In this document: in pieces, positions 12,363 through 24,565 of the stretch
Numbering within the stretch: position 1 is the stretch's first letter
Layout of the letters: each line of letters opens with the position of its first letter
Assembly (NCBI RefSeq): GCF_018350175.1
Contig: NC_058368.1
Span: forward strand, 124,684,001-124,748,000
Length of the DNA: 64,000 bases
Direction of reading: 5' to 3'
Origin: Felis catus
Lineage: Eukaryota
Made by a program: the position numbers and the translations under genes
The notes under the pieces: generated by a model
The model's input: the letters and a program-made list of their open reading frames with translations, nothing else
What the model was told of the DNA's origin: nothing
Databases searched by the model: none

Positions 12363-12972
12363 TATATATATTTCAGGTTATGATAGGAATATGAAGAATA
12401 AGTAAGTAAGGAGGAGGAAATAAAGAGATGGGGACTGGGAATAATGTGTTTTAGATAAGCAGTCATGGAGGCCCACTTGAGAAGGTGACAGCTGAGCAGA
12501 GACCTCAAGGAAGTGAGACATGAGCCATAAAGATATCTGAGAGAAACCACACTAGGCAGAGGAGAAATCAAGTACAAATGTCCTGGGGTGGGAGTGAGCT
12601 TGGTACTTTCACAGAACAGTAAGGGGGCCCTTATGGCTGCAGTAGAAGGAACAAGGAGAAATGAATAGGAAACAAGGTCACAGATGAGGGAACCACGATG
12701 GCATAGGCTCAGAACGAGACTGGCAGACTCTGACAAGTCCTGAGCAGAGTATAGATACCATATAATTAATGGTCTAGAAAGATCTCTTTGTGTGGGGAGA
12801 GACTGAGTGTTCAGGGACAGAAACAGTGAGCCAAGTTCAGAGGCAACTGCAGTAATCCAGACAAAAGGTGATGGTGCTGGGAAAAGGTGGTAACAGTGGA
12901 GATGGCAAAAGAGGAGAGTTTCTGGATATATTGAGAAGACAGAGCTACAGGATTTGCTGATGTACTAGGTTG
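12105..12972 (-). mobile_element. L2 LINE 3' portion
   Basis: attcattcattt tail, tatatgccaagcactattccaggcactggaga, gaaggtgacagctgagcagagacct, ctggatatattgagaag. Confidence 0.85.
12196..12362. repeat. Tandem duplication of 48 bp plus (CA)n
   Basis: 12196-12243 and 12273-12320 differ at 2 positions; each copy is followed by a (CA)n tract. Confidence 0.95.
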
Positions 12973-13052
12973 ACTGCATGTTTTTGATACTGAAACATCA
13001 GAAATGGGGGCCTCTTGAATTCTGGTGCTTAGGCTAGGGGCAAAAAAGGCTC

Positions 13053-13206
13053 CATTTACTGAACACCGGCTATGTGCCAAATGCAGTCTTAGTTATTTTC
13101 ACAGAGACTTCCTCCTTCTAAGTCTACAGTAGGTTTAACTATTTCCATTTCACAGATCAGGAAAGGGATAGAGATCTGAGCCACTGTAAGCCAGAACCCA
13201 GAGCCC
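13053..13206 (-). mobile_element. MIR SINE fragment
   Basis: catttactgaacaccggctatgtgcca...ccatttcacagatcaggaaa. Confidence 0.55.
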
Positions 13207-14590
13207 ATCACCCTGAGCTCCTTATAGAGAGACAACCCCTGAGAGTGTGCAGAGCAGAGGGCTTGGTGAGTGTCCGTGAGCTCAGCAGGGGTAGGCACTG
13301 ACATCCTCCATGGCTGCTGCAGCTTCTCATCAGAACTCCAGGGTGGAGATACAAGTCCAGGGTCTGACCCAGCCCTGACCTTCCTCAAGAGGATCCAGGA
13401 TGCGATTGTTAAGGCTGCAGTTGCCAGAAGCAGGAAAGCCTACTGGGCAAAGGAAAGAGATCTTGGTGACCCTTCTAAACCTAAGCACAGCTTTCTTGTG
13501 CAGCCTAGGACAGCACCACCCGGCTGCTGCCAGCAGCCCCTGTAGGCAAACTGACCTGAAATTCAGATTTTCCACATTTCTGTCTCCACACCCCCAAAAA
13601 CTTTCAGCTAACTATCCTGGGAGGAACCCAGAGGCTGTGTAAAGGCCAGCCAGGGCTGTTTGGAGGAAATGGGCCCACTCAATCTGAGTGCACCTGCACT
13701 GGGCGTAGTGTATTTCTCCTCTGGTTGCCAGAGTGACAGAAACAACAGTGGCTACTGAAACCCCCTTAACACCACAGCTCAGGCTGACCCTGACCAACGG
13801 AAGCCAACTCTGCATCCTGGTCCCTTCCTTGTTCTTCCACCCACCGATAAGTATCTGCTCTGACACCAAGAACTTACCCAATTCTTACACTGAGCTGAAA
13901 CTGTTCTTAAAGCTTGATCAGCTGTGCTCTTCCTGGCACTCTTGGTTTTCTCTGATTCCCAGACCCCAGGGAGAGGGTGGAAGCCTGGATCCAGGCATGG
14001 AGCAGAATGTCCATCTGGGGGAGGGCTCCCTGGAGGCTCCTCTTTGGAACCGTTGCACAGGCTACTTTATTCTAAACCCAAGCAGAATGTGTAGTCCCCT
14101 TAGGTATGGTCATGGCTGCAGACCCCAGAGTTTGTACCCCAACATACATGGGTCTGGCTACTTTCCTTATTAACAAACCCCATATCATGAGAGGCACTGA
14201 GGCTGTAGGTCCACCCCTTTATTGAGGGAATTAGTGCCTTCATCCCATACAAAAAAGGTCCTACTTTGAGAGGACAAGTGACTTATGGTAATTTATGATA
14301 CCAACCTATTGCTTTGAAAGTGCCTAGGAAATGAACAACTTGTCCTGCCCATTAATTCACAAATGGGCATCATAAGCCAGAGACATACTTGCCCTGAAGC
14401 AAAGTATACAGCCCCAGCCTCAAAATCATAGTGTACAGTGTGCTTGAATTTCCTCTCTCAGGCTGCAGCAGAGCATCTCATGCTGCATCAAAAGACTGAA
14501 TACCGGAGTTCTTCCCTCCATTCTATTATGATCCACCACAGGAATTATCCTTGAGGGTGAGGGAGAAGGGTACCTCTGTGCTATTTCTTT

Positions 14591-14738
14591 AGTTCTCTTT
14601 GAAATCCTACAAGTTAGAGATATCATTTCCTTCATATTACAAATGAGAAAAACAAAGTTCAGAGAGATTAAGCGACTTGCCTGAGATCACAGCAAGCAAG
14701 TAGCAGGACCATGACTTAAATCTAGATTTCCTAATCCA
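14591..14738 (-). mobile_element. MIR SINE
   Basis: tacaaatgagaaaaacaaagttcagagagattaagcgacttgcctgagatcacagc. Confidence 0.8.
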
Positions 14739-16179
14739 CATTATACTCCAGAGGTTTGCTGAAGGGCTTAAATAAGGAGCTCTTTTTCTTGATTATTCTA
14801 CACAATAAACTAAGGCATATTTGCTAAGCCCTACCTTCTAAATTCTTTTTTCGGCTCTCTATATATAATGTGCTCTTCACTTTAATAGGCATTTACATGC
14901 GTGACAAAATAAAAGACAGCTTTTACTGAAAATCAACTTTCAGTTTCCATTCTTCTTGCAAATTTTTGCAGAGAGCATCTATTACATACAGAACACTTTG
15001 GCCATTACAATGCCATGATACATAGCTCCTCTTCTCATCAAACTTGCAATGAGGCTGGGAAGATAAGAAATGGACCCAAAGAAGACTATACCAAGCAGAT
15101 ATGGTTTGAGCCCTGAGAGAACGGTGCCCTCTAGGGTACTGAGAGGTCCAAGGAGTGAGACATCAATTCTGTCTGACATAATCAAGGAAGGATTCCTGGA
15201 GGGGTGACTTTGAAGCTGAGCTTTAACTGTCACATGGAATTTTCATTGAGATGGAGGATTTTCACTTTTGAAAAACATCAAATTGGACCTTACATTCAGA
15301 TTTTTACACCCCTCCCCAAATTTTGATATAAATAATAATAGTATTTCCAATATCATTCTGCAACATGTCCCCTGACAAGGAGCATCTCAGAAGAAACAGG
15401 TATCAGTACCCAGAAAAACACAACCCAGTAGCCCATTTCATCTGACTCTATCCATTTTTGCATGGGTGACAAGCTTCCCCTCACGTTGTACCATCCTCTC
15501 TTCCTTCACTGTCTGGTGTCTGCCTGCCTACAGCAGCCAGTAAAAAGCTTAGAACTGCTGAAGAGGGCTATATTCAACACTGTTTCTCATTCTCCATTTA
15601 GAAACCAGCAGAGTGCTCATTTCTTAAGATAGAGTAAGACAGGCCTTGTACAGACAGGTGATTGATTCCAGGACCATTTACCCCAAAGAGAAAGGTTTTT
15701 GTCTCATCTTCTACTGTGACTTTGCAGCTCTGATTCTTTTTCTTTCATTGTTCTGTATCTGTCATTAACAGAGCAGATGACCATTTAATCCAGAAAACCA
15801 GTTTGCTACACTTGAGGAAATCTCAGGGTAGCAACTGAGCATGGGATGTGTCTGGTTTGTATTTAGTTCTCCCTAAGAAAGCCCTTCTCCCTTTCTCCAT
15901 TCAACCTAATTACCTCCTACCCAGCCATTGAACTCCAGCTGAAAGAGTACCCTTTCAGGAAAACCATTTCCCCTCCACACATCTATGTCTAGGTCAGGTT
16001 TCCCTGTTACACATTCTCATTTTAGCCCTCTTTCCTACTTTGTAGTTATAGGTTAGTGTGTGTCTCTTACATTAAATCTTAATCTCCATGAAGGCAAGTA
16101 TTACCTAAGATTATCATCGTGTCGGACAGATGGAAGGAACTCTTCTAGTAATTGTGGACCAAACCACTGAGTGGCAACC

Positions 16180-16390
16180 TGACATAGTGATAAATGAAGT
16201 CAGACAGACCTTTGCTGGAATGCCACCTCCAACACTTACTATTTAGACAATTAATTATGCTCCACATGTCTCAGCTTCCCCTTCTACAAAATGAGGATAA
16301 CAACATATATTTCACATGATTATTATGAGAAAGATATATATGAGAATCTAGTTAGAACCTTGTGAGTGCTCACCCAATGATACTAATTTC
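16180..16390 (+). mobile_element. MIR SINE
   Basis: gaagtcagacagacc...tctcagcttccccttctacaaaatgaggataacaac. Confidence 0.7.
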
Positions 16391-16567
16391 TTCACCTGCT
16401 TTATCACAACTGAACCAGAACACCATGGCTCCTAGGGTATATCTGACCTTGACCCTTGGGTCACACACACCTTCCTTCATAAACCCCAAAGCCCACCCTA
16501 TAATTAAAGATTAGAAATTCTCTCTGGGGCTATATGAAGCTGAGTCAAGAGGTTCCATTCACCCTCT

Positions 16568-17130
16568 ATGTCTGTCAGGATTCTAAGCTATAAGCAACAG
16601 AAACCAACTCTTATTCATTTAAGCAGAAAAGGTGGTTATAAAAAGCATAGAAACTCAAGAGTTCCTAGGATAGTGAGGAACCAGGCTCAGAGTCTGTCCA
16701 CCAAGAACAATGCCCCAAATTAGGCCATGATACTGTCCCAGTGAGCCACTGCTATCATCACTACTGAGCACAGACCCTGTAACAGGTACTATGTGGATAG
16801 CTGGCACTGGGCATTGGATGTTGGCTATGAAACCACAGCCCCTGTAGCCTCTAGAAAGTAAATGTAGTGTCACTGCTACCCACCCTCACCAGAACGGTAT
16901 CCACAGGGTGTCTGTTTTTGCTCTGACTCAAAATTGAGGAAAGACAATTCTGACTGATGGACCCTGGATCAATATGCCCAGAACCTAGGTGCAAAATAGT
17001 CTGAGAAAACACAAATGTGCCATGTTCAGCTTCTCCATGAGAGGAGGCTTTGCCTAATCAGGTAGGGAATTCCCCTAAAAAGGAGAAGGACTCAGTCACT
17101 GTGATCCAAAAGGAATGATAATTGCCTGAA
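16568..17130 (-). mobile_element. MaLR solo LTR, old MLT1 type
   Basis: gtcaggattct...aagcaacagaaaccaactc...ttaagcagaaaagg end typical of antisense old MLT1 LTRs. Confidence 0.7.
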
Positions 17131-17389
17131 TTTGCCCAGGCAAATTCCTATCTCCTGGGTTTCTCCACACCATACCCTTGCTAGCCTTGTGGACTAAGCC
17201 CCCTAACTACCTCTCCCCACATACAAGCATTTTCTAGGTGACTCATTCCTGCCCCATATTCCAGTTGATCTAAAATATCTCTAAAATAAATATGAAATTG
17301 TTTTCATTCTCTAAATTTTATTTTTACATAGTATTTTAGAGAAAAGTTCTTTCTCTCGTGTGGTCACCTCTGTCAATGTCTGAAATGGC

Positions 17390-17630
17390 CAGTTTTGGTG
17401 AACATTATGTTCTTAATATGGTCCTCAAAAAAAAGTATTCTTTGGTCAAATTTGAGAAAAATTCCTTTATAAGAGACACAATGCACATTAGCCAATGAAA
17501 GATTCTGAGAAGTCAATGAAATAAAGAAACTGGAACTTTCCAACCCCAAAACCCCTAAAGCTTATTTGACTACAAACACTACCACATTTTTATGATTGTC
17601 TTCGTAACACTGACACCTTTTCAAAACTAA
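17390..17630. mobile_element. hAT-Charlie DNA transposon relic (Charlie4-like)
   Basis: cacaatgcacattagc...ctgagaagtc...taaagaaac and inverted ggtcaaa / tttgac motifs. Confidence 0.5.
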
Positions 17631-17796
17631 AATATGCTACAAAAGAGATTCCACAAGATCTACTCAAAAGATTTTTCATACTCTCTTCTTCTTCTCTGTC
17701 CTGCATCCCTAAATAAAATTATCCCAAAGTAAGGGAATCTTGACTGGGCTTGGAGAAGGGGAACAAGAACAATGCAGGGGAGGCAGAATGCAAGAT

Positions 17797-17953
17797 CCTT
17801 GCTATTCAAAGTGTGTTCCATCACCCAGGAACTTAGGAAAAATGGAGGATCTCAGGCCCTACCCCAGGTTTTCTGGTTCTCGGAAAACCAAAATCTGCAT
17901 TTTACCAAGATCCCCAGGTGATTCCTAGACACAATGGAGTTTGGCCCACACTG
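17797..17953. mobile_element. MER5A-like hAT MITE
   Basis: gatctcaggccctaccccag...aatctgcattttaccaagatccccaggtgattc. Confidence 0.8.
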
Positions 17954-18300
17954 GCATAGATAATTTCTATGCCTACATACTACAATTCCCGGTAATAAAC
18001 ATTTAAGGAATTCAATTCACACCCAAATTCCCTCAACCAGATAAATTTGTCTATACTCCCAGGGGATTTGGTCTCTTTCCCCTTAAGATTTTACAGAGCT
18101 CAGCATTCCTTCACGGGGAGGGCTTCTGGGATTCTGGAACATTAAGGAAACCTAATGTTTCCATTTTGTGGTTTGGCCACAGAGAAGCTGAGCTGAATTC
18201 TATGTTCTTCTTTAAAACATCCTGTGGAAGCCCCTGACCCCCTGCACTGAAGGATGTGCTGTCTATACCTCTGTCTCCTTGTACACCCAAAAGATACTAC

Positions 18301-18880
18301 TATAACTGGTTAGACAGGATGCAACTAAGGAAGTTACTCAAATCAGAGAGCTAAAAGCCATCAGTTAGAAGGGAAGAAGGGAAGAGACAAAAGCAGGGAA
18401 GAAATGTGTTTTGTTTTGCGGAAACAACAGTTTTAGCCAACTAGGTGTTTCACCTGATAGCCCCTTACGTGAGCCAATTTTAGCCACAATGGAGCTGAAG
18501 AGCTATACAGAAGCCCCCCTGAGTTGCCCAGAGGTTACCTTTAGCTCACTATAATACTAAGATCTCCTCTTATTGGCAGGGTTTTCCACCATTTTTGAAC
18601 ATGCGATCTCTGCACTAGCATATTGACATGCTAGGCATGCACAATAGAACTCAGTGCCTAAGAAAGAGAATAGATATAAGTTCCTTAATGTATATGTGAG
18701 CTCTCTGCCTCCACCCCCAGTACACTAAATAAACACTTCTTGTACTAACACCATAGGGAAGCAGTGCTTCTGATCTCCTTACTTGTCACAAGTAATAATG
18801 TCTTTTGCTTTCAACACTTGCTTGGATTGTATTCAAATTTAATTACTCTAGCAGGGAGCTCCTGGAGTTTGGTTACCTAA
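18301..18880 (+). mobile_element. Probable ERV1-class solo LTR
   Basis: LTR-like composition with aataaa; possible 4-bp TSD ctac; family not identified. Confidence 0.5.
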
Positions 18881-19017
18881 CTACCTTTAAGCTTCGTAGC
18901 ATTTAGAAACCCAATTCTGCCAAGTACAAAAGGAAATAAAGAGGAACTTAAGTAGTTTTCTGCAAAAACTAGAATCTCTCAAACACCAACATGTGTGTTA
19001 AAATATGGCAGAGTTTT

Positions 19018-19232
19018 GGGGTGCCTGGGTGGCTCAGTTGGTTGGGCATCCAACTTCGGCACAGGTCATGATCTCACAGTCCGTGGGTTCAAGCCCCATG
19101 TCAGGTTAGGTGCTGACAGTTTGGAGCCTGGAGCCTGCTTCGGATTCTGTGTCTCCCTCTCCACTCCTCCCTTGCTCGTGCTCTGTCTCTCTCACTCTCA
19201 AAAGTGAATAAATGCTAAAAATAATTTTTTTT
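19018..19232 (+). mobile_element. Can-SINE
   Basis: SINEC body; TSD aatatggcagagtttt / aatatgacagcgtttt. Confidence 0.95.
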
Positions 19233-19384
19233 AATATGACAGCGTTTTAAAAAATGTAAACTGTAAACAAACCAATTTTAGCATCTGGACCTCAGTCTGT
19301 CTGCCATCTCATTCACGAGCCTTAGGTTACAAAAGGTCTTACTAATTCCCATAATGCCCTGCTTTGCACCATAGGCTTTCAAGG

Positions 19385-19597
19385 GATTTCGAGTGAGAGA
19401 AACCTAGATTCAAATACTGGCTCTACTACTTACTAATTTAGTGTCACCAACCATTTTACTTTACCTCCCTTAGCTGTGGATTCATCCATGTCAAATGGAG
19501 TGTGAGGACCAACTTCCCAGAGCTGTTCTAATGAGGATTCCATCAGGTAGGTGTGAGAAGCACCAGCACAGTGGTTTGCTTCAGTAAGAGCTCCAAC
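19385..19597 (+). mobile_element. MIR SINE
   Basis: acctagattcaaatactggctctactacttacta. Confidence 0.7.
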
Positions 19598-20117
19598 CCC
19601 ATTAGACCCTCACATGCCCTCCAAGCCCAGGCCAAGCATCAGCTCAGAACTTCCCAGCCCACAGGCCTCCAGCCTCCAGTCAGATGACTACCCTCCCAGC
19701 CCTGCAAGCTAAGGAAATGACCACCTACATCCTCCCTCACTCCCCTAACACCCTACCTTTACCTTCCCACTTGCCACAGACCACAAGCTCCACAGAATGC
19801 AATTTCTTTTTATCTCCTCAGCAACCTTGAGGGTCTCTCCTGACCTTGGAAAGGTCTGGGGAGGGAGGCAAAGGAAGGGAGCAGGGGAGGAAATGGGAGA
19901 GGAAGCACTGAGGGATTCCTTCCTCCAGAACCTACAATCTGGGGTTCATCCCTCCTGTTTCTGAGAAATAAAGAAGAAAAAGGAAAATTTGGCATGCTTT
20001 CTTCTTAAGCCACAGGAATAAAGTAAATAATGAGCCTGCTTTCTTCTGTTTAAACTTGGAGCTAGTACAAGTCAATTCTGTTAACCAATTTCCACACATG
20101 GATACAGATTCAATCTT

Positions 20118-20890
20118 TGCAGGGTATATTGTGATCTATAATAAGAAAAATACATTTGTTCTTCTTCCACTGTTACTGGTTCAGAGCTCTTAAAACCTTG
20201 AAATTTTCTAGGTGATAAGAGCCTCAAGGGTATCTTTTGTTAACAAACATAGGCTAGGCAGAAAGCCCCCCTAGGTAACCTAAGGATGGGAGCTGGTTGC
20301 TAGGAGAACCAATTACATGATAGAGGGTTACAACTTTCAGTCCCCCTACCACCAGGGCTCTAGGGAGGGGAGAGGGGCTAGATATTGAATCAATCTCCCA
20401 AGGGCCAATGATTTAATCAATCATGCCTTGTAATGAAGCCTTTATAAAAACCCAAAAGGACATTGTTCAGAGACCTTCTGGGTTGACCAACAGGTGGAGA
20501 TACGGGGAGAGTGGCACTCTGAGAGGGAACAGAAACCCTGTGCCTTTCCCTCATTCCTTGACCTATGCATCTCTTCCATTTAGCTGTTTCTCTGAGTTCT
20601 GTGAGCCACTCTACCAAATTAATTGAACCCAAGGCAGGGTCATTGGAATCTCCAATCTATAGTCAATTAGAAGCACAGGGATTGTGCTGGGATTGTGACT
20701 GGAGTGAAGGACAATCTTGCAGGACTGAGCCCTTAATCTGATGGATCTGATGCTATTTCCAATTACAATCTGTTAGAATTGAGTTGAATGGCAGAACACC
20801 CAGCTGGTGTCTAAGAATTGCTTGGTAGTATGGGGAATCCCCCCCCCCCCCACACACACATGCACACATACACACACATGCACACACAAC
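20118..20890 (+). mobile_element. ERVL solo LTR, MER21-like
   Basis: ggccaatgatttaatcaatcatgcc, tctgagttctgtgagccactcta and ggactgagcccttaa motifs. Confidence 0.85.
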
Positions 20891-21442
20891 AGAAAGTGAA
20901 ATCCTTTCAGGGAGGAAAAAGGAAAATTATTTGTAAGTTACCCATCCCTTATAAGGAAGAGACACAGATATGGCCATTAGAGAACCAGATTCCAAGTGAC
21001 ATATGCACTGAGGTCAAAAAAGACCACAGGTCACTGACTGATGCTTTTTCCAGATCCACTTGTGGGCTCACTGTCACTACCAAAGGAATATTATTGTCAA
21101 TCATCACAGATATGAGTGTTTCCCAGATGACATAACTTTTTCTATGGACACAGAGCACACAAATTAGCAATACTAACAAGCTGAAGATAATTGGTATTTC
21201 TAAAGACCAAATCATGCTTAAATGCATTAAGTGGCAAAATGTACAGTAAGATCTTTTCTGAAATATGCTCTAAAAATAACTATACTTTAAATAGCCAACA
21301 AATGATTTTTAAAATTTAGCAACAATTCTCAGTTTCCTAAAGTACTTGGAGGAAGCCCAATTTCTACATCCAGGACTAAGGATGGGCTACCAAAGGATTT
21401 AATGGAGGTCCCAGAAAGAGGACCTCTCATAGCTGCATCTCA

Positions 21443-21607
21443 TAGAGCTACTCAAAGTATGGCCCATGGAGTGGAAAGGTTGACATCATGGAGAGCTTGT
21501 CATAAATACAGAATCTCTGGCCCCACCCCAGAGCTACAGAATCAGAATCTGCATTTTAATAAGATTTGCATAGGATCCAAGTGCTCATTACAGTTTGAGA
21601 AGGGATG
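21443..21607. mobile_element. MER5A-like hAT MITE
   Basis: ctactcaaagtatggccc...ggccccacccca...gaatcagaatctgcattttaataagat. Confidence 0.8.
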
Positions 21608-24084
21608 TTTTAAAATACCAAAAATGTAAGGGGTAATTCCATTAGGTTACTCTCTGCAGGTACTCAGGGGAAGGCAGATTCATTCTGTCACAGCCATGAC
21701 ACAACTATAAAGGGACAGTATTTTTTTGTGGCATTACTCACCAGGGCAGGAGAATTGCACTTCTGTTTAGAGATCCCCTGACACACTCCTACTCAGATAA
21801 ATTAATGGTCCCAACTCAGTGGTGGATTCCTGAGACAGGAGCAATCAATTCACATGTCAATATACCTAAGGATCCACATGGCCCCTACAAGAAGTCTACA
21901 ATTGTGTTCAAGGGCTTACAAGGCCTAGGTGGTAGGCTGGTCTTATTCTTCTCCTTGTTATTTACAGCTACACTCATTAACCTTCAACCAGCAGCCATAT
22001 CATAACACAGACATGCTAGAAAACACAATGAACGATAACGGATTATCCTCATGGAATGAAGCATGGGGTAAAGAATGAGGAGGGAATTAGGAGGAGTATT
22101 TTATAATTTCTGTAAGAACTGTGCCATGACCAGTATGATGTGTGGTTTTGGGCTTGGAGTGGGGATGGAGAAAAGTAGAGAGGGGTTCACAACAAAAACT
22201 GGTTTCTGGTTTTTATTTAATAAATTTAAGTGTGTTCTTAAGGCCCCTTGACTTTCTGAAAATGTCTCACAATTTGTGATCAGAATGTTTGATAAAATAG
22301 TTTAAACTGAGCAAAAAATTGTCTATACCAGAACATTATATTTTTTAAGCGCACCCAAGTTCTATATGTAACAAATAAAAATAGGCATATTTACTCATGT
22401 GATAGCAAACTAACTCAGTGTGTGTTACCAACAGCCCACCTCCAACTGTGCTTGTTTGCCACCATTTTTTCCTGTCTCTCTGAGAACAGCCAGAAAAATT
22501 GCAATAGTCAACGGCATTAACATCATTCTACTTCCAAACCCTACAATAATAAAGATAACTAAACTTCACAGAAAACTGGGAGAGAACTGAAAACTACCTT
22601 TTAGAAAGGCTGATGGTGGTTTCTTACTTTTGGAGGAGTCCATGTACATGGGAAAAATGACGTTAAGGTTTAAGATTGCCTTTCAGTGGTACTTATCCAA
22701 ATTTTATTGTCCATATATACTCACATATCTTTCACTTCAAAATCTTGTCCCAAAATTTCCCAAAGAAAATTCATTTCTCCAAGTCTGCCTCATCCCCACA
22801 GGAAGAAAAGCCAGACTCCTAGGGCAACAGCCCCAAAAGGTTCCTGACTTGATAAAAGGAACGGAACAATGTATAATAATATACACGATTTCTATGGCCT
22901 TTCCCCTTTATAAAGCTCTTTTAATAGGCATCATCCCAATATTCTGAAGAATTATGAATTGTGTTTAATTAAAGCCTGGGTGAAAGAAGTGGAAAGAAAG
23001 TTATTTTGAGGTTGTTCACATATCTTCAGCCCCTCTTATCAAGGTTTCAGAGCTCTACTTTAAAAGGTTAGGGGGTGGTAGGAGGCAATTATGTCTCTTC
23101 GCTAGCAGCTGCCAGAGATTACTGCCATCAGAGTAATTATCACCAAATAATTGTCCCCTTTCTTCCCTGCTGACAGGGCAGAAAGGGAACAGAGACTCAT
23201 CTAAAATAGATTCTGTACTTGGCTGACTACAAGTTGGATAGCTCAGGTCAGTGGGCATCCACTGAAGGATTTCAACTCATGCCTGTAGACCTTACAGAAA
23301 AATTAAAATTCATCTTATACAAAAGGGAAAAGCATTAAATGTCACCTGCTTGAGGTTAACCAGATTTCTTGAAGTTGAGAAACTGTGGTTTCAGACTAGA
23401 ATAAGTGCTTATCTTAGCCTAAAATTATTCTTTTCTGCTGACAATGTTTTTAGAAGATGGAAACAAGAAGAGCATTTTCTGGAGCCTTGAACTTTGACAC
23501 AAGTACTTGGCTTATCTCTAGGGCAGTTATGAAAGAGACAGCACTAACAACTCCTACCCTCCTGCTCTCTGCCTTTACGACATTCACAGGTTGGTTTTTA
23601 AAATCGTTTACTTGGCTGGTCTCTGGAGCAGCCACAAAGTCCAAATTCTCCAAGGGAGTCCTCAAAGTTATCATAAAACTGAAGACAAGACAGGGTAGAA
23701 TGCTACAAATTTAATAGTGTCACTTTCAGGATACTGTCTACCCAGGAATTCCCTACACTGCTAAGAAATGAAATGTTGCATACAAACAAATATTTATGGA
23801 CAATTAATCCTATACAGGTTAGTGGGCAAGAACAAGGCAGAATAGACTATATGAATCTTTACAATCTGTTAATGTGAAGGTGGGAAGGTGGCCATTTCTT
23901 TATCTTCTCACATTGAAAGCCTTTAATTTCACCCAGTAAACATGCATTAAGGCTTGATGGGTACCAGACATTGTGCTAGGGGCTGTGTGGGTAGGAAGGA
24001 ACCTGAGGTAACCAAGATAAACTCTCTGCTCTCAATGAGTTCTGAGTGTAATCCCAATTCTTTTCTAAAGGAGACAAATTGCAA

Positions 24085-24565
24085 CAAGACTTCTGAATTA
24101 GAAGCGTCAGAGGATCAGAGCACCTGGGTGGCTTGGTCCGTTAAGCATTTGACTCTTGATTTCAGCTCAGGTCATGATCTCATGGTTTGTGAGATTGAGC
24201 CCCGCATTGGGGCTCAATGCAGAGCCTGTCAACGCAAAGCCTGTTTGGGATTCTTTCTCTCCCTCTTTCTCTGCCCTTTCCACACACTTGATCTCATTCT
24301 CTCTCTCCTGCTCACTAAATACATACATACATACATACATACATACATACATACATAGTCACAGGATCAGAGTTTGAGATTTGGTTGTACAACTTGCTAG
24401 CTATTGACCTTGGGCAGGTCACTGACTTTTCTATGCCTCAGTTTCTTCCTCTATAAATTGAGGGTAATGATATTCTGACAATCTATCTCACAGGACTGTT
24501 ATGAAATTAAGCATGAAAAATCTCTTTATAAAGTGCAATAATTATGCAAATATGAGTATTATTAT
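24085..24565 (+). mobile_element. MIR SINE split by a Can-SINE
   Basis: tgaccttgggcaggtcact...tgcctcagtttcttcctctataaattgagggtaatga. Confidence 0.8.
24121..24357 (+). mobile_element. Can-SINE with (TACA)n tail
   Basis: SINEC body; TSD gtcagaggatcagag / gtcacaggatcagag; (TACA)9 at 24320-24357. Confidence 0.92.

Noticed and set aside
12200..12736. Longest ORF, 178 aa on minus
   Set aside because: Lies in L2 and reads through (TG)n microsatellites; no recognisable domain
22280..22543. Possible ancient DNA transposon
   Set aside because: Could not identify terminal repeats or a family with confidence
23450..23714. Overlapping ORFs with a good minus-strand acceptor near 23680
   Set aside because: No recognisable protein and no convincing paired donor
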